Source of the DNA: Lytechinus pictus
Lineage: Eukaryota
Length of the DNA: 64,000 bases
Reading direction: 5' to 3'
Assembly: GCF_037042905.1 (NCBI RefSeq)
Contig: NC_087245.1
Location: 3,908,001-3,972,000 of the forward strand
Position numbers and translations under genes: made by a program. The notes beneath the pieces were generated by a model, which did not search any database, was not told the origin of the DNA, and saw only the letters and a program-made list of their open reading frames with translations. Positions 54,889-64,000 of the stretch are shown here, one piece after another (within the stretch, counting starts at the first letter, position 1; each line of letters opens with the position of its first letter).

Positions 54889-55437
54889 TTTATAACCCCG
54901 CAAATCGAAGTTTGAAGGGGAATATAGGAATCAGTGTACGGTCAGTCCATTGCAAATCTTGCGCATCAAACTACTTCCTCAGTTTTTAACCAATTCTTAT
55001 GAAACTTGGAACACATGTTGGTGTTGGGGTGAAGATGTGCAAGACACATTTTTTTGCATGTGTCGGAAATTGTGTTGCTATGGTAACAGTATATTTTTGC
55101 AAAAATAAGGGAAAAATCTTGCACATCAAACTACTCACTCAGTTTTTAACCAATTGTCATCAAATTTGACTCTCACATCGGTCGTGAGGTAAAGATGTGC
55201 AGGACATATGTGTCGGAAATCATGTTGCCATGGTAACAACATATCATATGTCAAAAATTAGGCAAAAATCTTGTGGTTGGAACTACTTCATTAGTTTTTA
55301 CCCAATTCTCATGATATTTTGCTCATGCATATGTCTTGAGGTAAAGATGGGCAAGACCTATTTTGTCTCCATGTGTTGGAAACTGTTGCCATGGTAACAG
55401 TGTAGGCTGGGGTATTAATCACCTTCAGTGATATAGT
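54889..55437 (+). mobile_element. Helentron-associated (HINE/DINE-1-like) non-autonomous rolling-circle element with internal tandem repeats
   Basis: 5' TTTTATAACCCCG sub-TIR, 3' GGGGTAT sub-TIR followed by hairpin ATCAC-CTTCA-GTGAT, T-run flanks, and three ~155-bp internal units (AAATCTTG...AACTACT at 54954, 55114, 55266). Confidence 0.7.
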
Positions 55438-57419
55438 TTTTTTTTTCATTTTGAATGAAAATAAAAATATATGTATCAGCATTAAAATGATTAAATAATA
55501 TTAAAATGTCTTTTTTAGACCTTGAATTGTTTGTTTGATTGATCTTGAGGTTAAAACATGATTCAATAATGCCAAGCAAATCCTTTTAAAAGCTAAGCCA
55601 GAGAGTTTATGACTTAAGGAATTTACACCAGTCATTCAGATGATAGTGCACTATTTAGCTTGAATGAATCTAAGCAATTTCAAAGACCATTCATGCACTT
55701 GGTTGTCTTACTAAATGAAAGAATTTGTATGAAGCCTTTTGATAAAGCTCCATGCATGATTTATGTCTTTGAATCTCCAAGTCTACTAATCCTAAGAAAA
55801 AAGAAAATATAAATATATTTTGTACTCATCCCATGTAAAGGAACATTAAATGAATCACATTTCCTCCTGGTGCACAATATTTTGTCTTTTTGCCAAAGTG
55901 GTACCAACATGCTTCCTTTAATGAGACACAAGAACATGACAAAAAAATGAGTAGTGAAATGATAAAAATAAGCTTAAAGTGGTCATGTAACATTTAGTTT
56001 GGAACGGGTTTCTATGGACATGAATCTTCAAATTTGTGTAAATTTGGTTTGTACAGTTTATTATACAGTTTATTTCACTAAAAGGGTACATATAAAACAA
56101 CTTGTACAGTGAATTTCTATAAATACAGATACAAAATTGTATATATCAGTCAATTCCTTACCTAAATGCAAGAAATTTATTAATTATTGTTGAGAAAGAA
56201 CTCTTTATTGATCTAATTTTATAAATATTTTGTTCTGCAACCCTTCCAGAATTTTTTTTTTGATAATGAACAAATCAAATAACATTTCTTGGAAAAACAT
56301 ACAGTCAACTTAAAATTTCAAGCCTTTGTTTTAATTCAGATTTACTTGAAAGGTCCTTGCCACCCTTTTTTCTGCTTACATAGTATACTAGTACTAGTAG
56401 TGCATATCCTGGGTGAATTGCAGATTTGGGTTGAGTTTTAGGGTTGAGCATAATGTTTTGACTGGAAGTAATTCATTCATTAAAGTGAAGGAACATTAGC
56501 AGCAGTTAGACAAGAACACATGGTTGGAAATTGACAAGTAAATTAAATAAAACATATAGCTTGTGACAGCAAGACAACCCTGTTTAACATTAGGAAATGA
56601 CACTAATCCCCTTTGGATTAAGAGGGACCATCTGAATGGATAAGATACTCATAAATAATGTCTGAGTGTCTTAATCTCCATATGACATGAGGTAATTGTT
56701 CTAAGATGATTATGATTTACTTACATTTCTTTTAAGACATTGAGCTTTTTATCATTTTCAAAACAGCAGTATCAGATTTATTAATATCTTCTAAAAGTGG
56801 CAATTTTCTTTATGTCTCCTCTTTATGCAGCTGTATGGAATATTTAATCACAGTTATACAAAATAATTATATATTAAAAAAATAGATTACAATATTTTGA
56901 TTTTCTGAAAAAAATATTGCTCAGACTTTATCAGCAATATGTTCTGTACAGCTACAGTATACACAGAGGATAATGTTTCCCACACGATGGATGCGCTGTG
57001 CCATTTGACTTCATCTTGCATTGATCAATGATTATTATGTAAATTTAAATTGCATCATATTTGACTGATCCTCAAACTGACACCTGCACTAGTATTTTCA
57101 AAGGAATTATATGACCTGATTACATGTAACAAAGTCTGTAAGCTGAAGACCAACACAATTAAACAAAAAATCAATTAAAGTTTTGATACAAAAGGATGAA
57201 ACAATATTTGGAAAGGACTATTTGTTGAGGGTTTATGCAGATCTGAAGCTCAATATCAATCTCGTTAATCAAATTGTCCCTTGTAGATCTGTATACAGGG
57301 CAGTCTGGTTAGATTGTATGGCCTAAGGGTAACCTAGATTGCTTTATTGAATGCCAGTGTACTGTGTCATGATGAACATGAATAGTTAAAGTGGCTGTTA
57401 CATCTATCACAGGACTCTC

Positions 57420-57470
57420 AGAATGAATGAATGAATGAATGAATGACAGATAGAAATAGAGAGAGAGAGT
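57420..57470. repeat. (GAAT)n and (GA)n microsatellite
   Basis: Direct reading of the sequence. Confidence 0.85.
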
Positions 57471-58395
57471 GAGTGATGAAAGGAAAAAAAGAAAAAGAAG
57501 ATGGTAAGAAGTAACAGAAAGATCAAAAACAAGTTTGATTCGAGATAAATTACAAAGTGATTTAAAGGAGCAATAAAGTTATATTTGGAGAACTTTAAAC
57601 AAGCATTTGGATTTTAGATTTACTTTACTCTTACAAAAAAATGTTTCTTATTTGGATGTTTTCTTGTAATACATTATAGAACTTATTATTATTTTTTTTT
57701 TTGGGGGGGGGCTTCTAAAAAAGGGATCCCTTTCTTGAAACATGTTTTCTTCATGGACAGTTTGAACTCAGGAACACTAACAGAAATATATGTTTCCAAA
57801 CACAGACTTGAAAGAGGTTTGTATCGACCTCCATAAAAAATGCATTCATGACAAAGAATGTTATGTGCTGTTTGATAACATCAACAGAAACCTTATAATT
57901 TGGTATGCATACCTGACATATCAACACATACAATCCTGAAATTCTTGTTTCAACTGAAGGACCTTCCCATATACACCCTCATAATGTTATTGATTGGAGA
58001 CATTGAGGTTTCCCAGACGGTTATTCTTTTCATGAGATATTAAATGTAGTTAGGGTAAATCCCTAGGTATTGTATCTACTACCCAACCCTAGACATACAT
58101 GCTGCTGAGTGACACATTACTCCACGTTCCTCCAAGGCAGAATTCTTTTCAAACCTCGGCCATTTCACACTAAAATTTCAAACATTACTCCTGATTTGAA
58201 CAAGTTGAATTTTATTAATTTAGAGGAAAAATGAATTGTATTTTTCACCATTCTAGTGATATAGCATTATAGGCATTCTTGAATTTATGAATTTATATTT
58301 TTTTCAATAGAAAAAATCTTCATCATAGTTCATGTCAGACCATGAATTCTCTTACAGTCCTTTTTTTCACCTCCATGGTCTCTTATAGCATGTAA

Positions 58396-58775
58396 TACTG
58401 CTTTCATAAACCCAATTATGCGGCTAATAGCAGCATAATTGGGACGTAAAATCGGAGGAGGACCAGAGTTATCCGCATTATTTTGATGCTGCAATTATCC
58501 GCATAATAGCGGCATCGGGACCAGATTTTGACTTTATGAACGCATTTTCAAATAATGCGGATAATTGCCATGGTGCGGTCACAAGGTCACCCTTTTCCAA
58601 CACAATCGCATCGAAGGGGGCGTGTGCAGTTGTCATGACGATTATCCGCCTTTTTTAGGACGGGCGCTGGTAAAAATAGTGCGGATTATTTTCGGAGTTT
58701 GTGAACGCAATTTTTATTGAATTATCCGCATTACTCTAAGGCGGCTAATTGGAGGATGGGTTTATGAAAGGGGTA
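58396..58775. mobile_element. MITE, PIF/Harbinger-like
   Basis: TAA|TACTGCTTTCATAAACCCA ... TGGGTTTATGAAAGGGGTA|TTA with TWA flanks and many TTATCCGC / GCGGATAA motifs inside. Confidence 0.8.
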
Positions 58776-61700
58776 TTATAGGTCCGTGTTTATAGTGTCT
58801 TCTAGAAAGGGCGGTGGTGGGAGGGGGGGTGCGGAGCTTCTGATGGAAAGTTACTCTTTTTTTTTAATTTGTCATAATAATGAAAAATGGCAATGACCTT
58901 TCTCATCAAACTTTTTTAACATGGAGTTTTGGTATTCATTTGTATTTAGAATTTTATTCATATTTGAAATTTAAATGCAGTGAATTTCAGACCATTGATT
59001 CTTTTAAGATTTTTATATGAAAAGAGGGAATTTTGTTGAGCTACTATTTGAAATTTGCCATTCTAGCTTAACACATAAACATTATATCATAAAGCAAATC
59101 ATATTTTACAGTAATTTCTCGATTCAGTTAGCCTACATCAATGTCTTATCAGTGTCTATTCGAATAATAATGAGAGTACTGTTGACTTTTGTAAACCCCT
59201 TAAATACTGATGTTTAAGATCCTTTTTTTTCTTAGAAACATTTCTTTGAAACATATCCATCAAAGTGAATTTCAGATTATGATTTTTTTCCATTGTTTCA
59301 ATTTTTGTATTAATTGGGTTGTAATGGTACTCAGGCCTATACAGTGGATGATCTTTCAGATTTGAACAGGTCATGCACTTGTCAGAAGTGTATTAGATTC
59401 TATTGTGAATATCTGTAAAGGCCAATGCCATGTAACAGCTCATATTGCCAAGGGGCAAAGTTTCTATCAAATTGCTTTCAATGTAAACTTAAGCTGCTAT
59501 TTCTACTATTTACTTTTGCATACCTGCTTGTAAGGCGAGTTGAGTAAATTCGGCTTCTTTTCCAGCTCAAGTTCCATCACAAACTTTCTTCTTGGTCCAG
59601 GCCTCAAAGCACTTGTGATAAACAACTTCAGTTGAGGACTGTGCACAGTTTAGTTTGGTGTATGGATTTTGTTAGAATATTTCAATTAATAAAATTGTGT
59701 TATCCCAAGCACTACTGTACTATATTGGAAGTGTTATCATCAGTTGACAATAAACCATCCATGCAAACTTTTCTCTGAGATCAGAATTGAAGACTTTGTG
59801 GTGTGAATTGTGCGACATGCTTTTTCAACATCTGAAATACATATAATCTCGCTTGTTATTCACAGTGAGTATGGGATATGAACGAAGCAGTCCGAGAACC
59901 GATGTCATTCTGAAGATGTAACTTTCAAGTTTTTGTTCAATGTTTTCATCAAACTCCAACCATGGAGTATTGGCCTCGATTATTAAAGCTGTGTAATTGT
60001 GGTAATGGAAACACTTGTGGGGAATATGATAATCATTTGTGAAATACTTAAAAACTTAAGATTTGGAGCTTATACAATGATTACCCTTATCTGATGTTTT
60101 GGTTAAGACTTCAATGCCATATTTCTTAAACTTTGTTCAGAGGATTTGAAAAGAAAAAAGCAGAATTAAGGATATGTGAGCAGACTTCAGAATAGATGAG
60201 CAAGAATGAAACTTGAACGTATTTTCAACTACTTAGTTGAAATATGGGAAGTTTGAAATTTGATTTGCTTGCATGGAAGGATGTCAAATTTTTAGTTTGG
60301 ATGGCATTCTTGATTATTTGACCACATGTCTACGAATCAGGTAAAGTATTATCTCACTTCAGAAATAAGTGGGGGAAATAATCATTGACAGGGTAACTTC
60401 TCTTCAACTATATGCACTTTCCTCAAGAATTTTTTTTAGCTTTTACACTTTTTTTGCAATGTTTCCACAGGTTATGTGTTCTTTTATATAGTTTGCATAT
60501 AAGAACTTGGTGAAATACATATATATATATATTTTTTTTTTCAAGTCAGTATGGTATACCCAATAATACAAAACAAAATTATCCACTCCTTTTGGAAAAA
60601 TCTCAACAAACTACTAAGACACAATCAGTGCACAATCACATGATGATTATCACAGATATATTCAGTGGATATGGAAAGCTTCATATTTTTCCTGGGCTAA
60701 CTATAGCTATAGCCTGAATATTTATAGAGATGATGGAGATGCTTTTGGTTAAAAGTTCATCCTTTGTAAGAAAATTATAATCCACTTGTTTGATGGGTTA
60801 TATTGGCAGGATATTAGTAATCCAGAGGGATGGAAAAGAGGGGGGGGGGAGGGAAATAGTAAGGACAAAGAGAGGGATGTCTTACATAGTATCAATGAAT
60901 TTTTGCTTACAAAAATATTGTACATTAATAGATTATAGGATAATTAAAAACAAACGATTCCATGTCTTACTCTTTACTAAGTTCGAAGACTATTATTGGC
61001 GATAGGCAAAGTAAACTATTTCTTGCCATCGCAAAAAAGGCCACGAATCAAACAAGGTTTAAATAAAACCATGAATCGTTATATTGCATGTTAAAAAATA
61101 TTTACATCCATTACTGCTTGCATATTTTTGTTCATTTTTACTGCAGGATGTATCATATATCCTTGAATGTTCCGTAAGGTCAGATTAATAATTGAATTAT
61201 GAAATGGAAGGTAACGTGTGATGCTATCTGAAGGAACTTGGATATGTTAACACATAATCAATTAATGAGAGGAAGAATGGTCAATATTTCTTATTCAGCA
61301 TTTGTAGCTACGAGGGTAGCTGTGACATTGAGCTTATGAATTATTTCCTGTTACTGTATATTGAGTGCGTGAGATGAGGGTTGCGATGGGGGGGGGGGGG
61401 TGGAGGAGAAGACATAATATTGATAGTTTGCTTTTGCTGCAATAGGCTCAACATGTAGGCCTATGTGCCCAGTGTTATCTTGCATGGTGATATTCTTCAA
61501 GAGAACAAAAACTTGTTTTCTGAAAGGATAATTAAATGATTGCAATCTGATTATTGACTAGCCTGTAATAAGTATTTGTGATGTTTAGTGCATATATTAT
61601 CATTGGAACATTATGTTATTTTATGTATAATAGTCACATTATAGTCATAATAATTTTAGTAATAATAATTACATTTTAGTATTTTTGCTGGTGGAAGTAT

Positions 61701-61868
61701 TCAACTAGAATGCTCTCTGCAGCCATGCTGCAATCTAATTATTCAAAAATATTTGCATGAATGCGCAGTCAAGGTCTTTCATCATATTTATATGAATGTG
61801 TATTTTCCCTAATTCCTGTGTGGAAATGGCATTTGATAATAAACTATTTTGCTATTTATTATTTGCAG

Positions 61869-61936
61869 GAGCAAATGGCTCACCAGATAGAGGAGCTGAA
61901 CAGACAGATCATAGAGGAGAGACAAAATACAAGAAG
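61869..61936 (+). CDS. NCKAP5: Internal coding exon, coiled-coil (EQMAHQIEELNRQIIEERQNTR+AG), NCKAP5-like N-terminus
   Basis: Acceptor TATTTATTATTTGCAG and donor AAG|GTAAGA, 68 nt, phase 0 to phase 2. The peptide resembles, from memory and not from a search, the vertebrate NCKAP5 segment EYMDSNKYIEHLLTQLEEQHRSLWR. The exon is well supported and the gene name is tentative. Confidence 0.6.
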
Positions 61937-64000
61937 GTAAGAAAAGAGAAAATTAGAGAGATAATAGAAAAAACAAACAGGAAGGGAAATATACAGAGAA
62001 GAGAGAGGACACACACTTATAAAGTGAAAAAGAAAGAAAAATTATATGAAACTGTAAAGGAAAGAGAAGACCAGATAAGAAGAAAGAATAGAGGATCTGG
62101 GAAAGGAGAGAAGGGAGGAAATATGAATAAAAAAGTAATAGAAAAGGGACAAAAAGAGAGCAAAAAACAAAAGAGTACATAATTCATCAACAATATTGCG
62201 TGAACTATAGATGGGAAATTTAATAACCAGAATTAAGTGAGATTTAGGTGAAAAAGTTCATTATTATATCATTTAGAAATTAGAGAAAAAAGGCTGGATG
62301 TGACTGGTCCACCCTATGAGATAGGTGTAGTAGAGGTCTTGGTCTGCTGTGTGATCAAGACTTGGTCCTTATCTCCCAGTTTGTTGGTAACTGTACACAC
62401 CTTCACTATCAAGTTACACATGGATTAGTCTGAAAACTGCATGAAAACGTTTTCAGAAATCAGAGGGATGACATCAATTGATCAATGGGGGAGGGGTTGA
62501 TATGCAAAAAAAATCTGAGAGCTAAAACCATGTTGCAATTTTTTTTTTGTATTAAAAGTTGAAATTAGGAATATTCAATTTTTCCATATATGACAGAGTA
62601 GAAAAATGACTTATCCATGTGTTCCTTGATTATCTACACGCAATGACATGTTACAAGTAAAAGGACTTGCCTATAAATCCCTAAAAGAGCACACCTTGAG
62701 GTTCTGTGATATCCTGTATCCTTTCCGTGGTTCTTGATATCCTTGTTGCCTTTGAAGTGTTCAGATTCTTGTTCTACTTGAGTTGCTACATTCACCACCA
62801 GACCATGATGAGTCTCAACCAACCATGACATCCCCCTCCCTGAATTGCTGAGAGATACTAGATGCAGGATTTATCCATTAAGAGCTAGAAGGTCTTAGAT
62901 TATGTCTCAAACCATAGGAATCAGTGTCCTTCTGGCATTGAACGGATGTTGATAGGTCAGGATGTCTTTCCTTCATATCTCCTGTATCCTTCCCTCATCA
63001 CTCATACCTTCATCATACATAATTTGAAGCAAGGTGACATTGACAGCTCAAGGAATGAATAAGGTTGTTGAATACCAGCTTTGTGAGATTCAATATCGAT
63101 GCTAATTAATATGAATAACACCAAAAATAAAAAAGTATTACTTGACATCATAAGATGCATTTATTCATTTATACATCTTCTGATCTGTATTTGGTATCTA
63201 ATATTGTTTATGGAATTTAGAAGGTTATTCAGATTAACCCACAGAAGGGAAGTCTGCCCATTTTGTATAATTTATTTGTTGAATGTTTTATAATCTGTAA
63301 AAAAATGGATTCATAATTTCAGGGATCCCGCATGCTTTGTGATACATATAGATGCTAAACATCTTGTGACTTATTTGTGTTTCATTGTAGATCTTAACCA
63401 ATGTTATTTTACTATTTTATGGTAGACTTGAACATCTAGGTCTGTAACATTCTAAAATTGTGGCATTTGATGATGTTGTTATTGATTGATGATTGGCAGA
63501 AAGCATTACCCCAATGTCAAAGAGCATGAGTCAAAATATTTTCAGCTTACTATCTGCTTGGAAAGTTTGCGTGTGTTGTGATATCCCCTAAAGAGGGCAG
63601 CATGTTATTTAGTTGCCAGGGGATTTCCCCTTCTAGCTTCAATAGAGCCTGACCCTCTAAATATTTGGATGCAATTATCAACGTCCTTCCCATCATGCAT
63701 AGGGCATGAGTTTCTTGATCCAATCAGTCAGGGGGGTCTTTCCTTTCATTTCACTTCTCCCAAGAGTGTTCCAAACTGTTTTCTTAACCTAAATCAGAAG
63801 ATGTAAGAAAACAGTGACTGTTATTTCTTTTAGTGATGAACATGCTTTTTAAGTGATATTCAGTCAAAATGTTTCTTTATGGCTGATTTGAAGCAGTCCA
63901 CACTTGATTGCTTTGCTGTTGGTAACAAAGTGCATGCGTTTCCTGGGTTGAATCACAGTATCCTATCACACATGTCATTTTCTTATTTTCTCTGTATGAA

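Noticed and set aside
61796..62182. 128-aa ORF from the ORF track
   Set aside because: It is the wrong frame over the real exon and continues into purine-rich low-complexity intron after the GTAAG donor.
62630..63010. Minus-strand ORF or retroelement fragment
   Set aside because: No diagnostic motif was recognised.

Overview
This is AT-rich, intron-dominated eukaryotic DNA. The repeat repertoire (tRNA-derived CORE-like SINEs, TTAA-flanked Kolobok-like MITEs, a Penelope fragment, a Helentron-type element) suggests an invertebrate deuterostome such as a sea urchin, which is an inference. Most ORFs in the supplied track are spurious. The supported coding sequence is a few small plus-strand exons: a Lys/Asp-rich internal exon (4892-5006), a candidate first coding exon MALRRTFK (21840-21863), and a coiled-coil exon EQMAHQIEELNRQIIEERQNTR (61869-61936) that resembles, from memory, the N-terminal exon of NCKAP5. 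The most notable finding lies near the middle of the ~40-kb intron between the last two exons: a textbook recursive-splicing (ratchet) site (polypyrimidine tract, then TAG|GTAAGT at 39895/39896) with a stop-containing cryptic RS-exon closed by a second consensus donor at 40003. Other findings are a minimal hammerhead ribozyme at the end of a Penelope GIY-YIG fragment, a 182-bp near-perfect palindrome, SINEs with shuffled head/core/tail modules including a nested pair, several alternative phase-0 exon candidates, and about ten non-autonomous DNA transposons.
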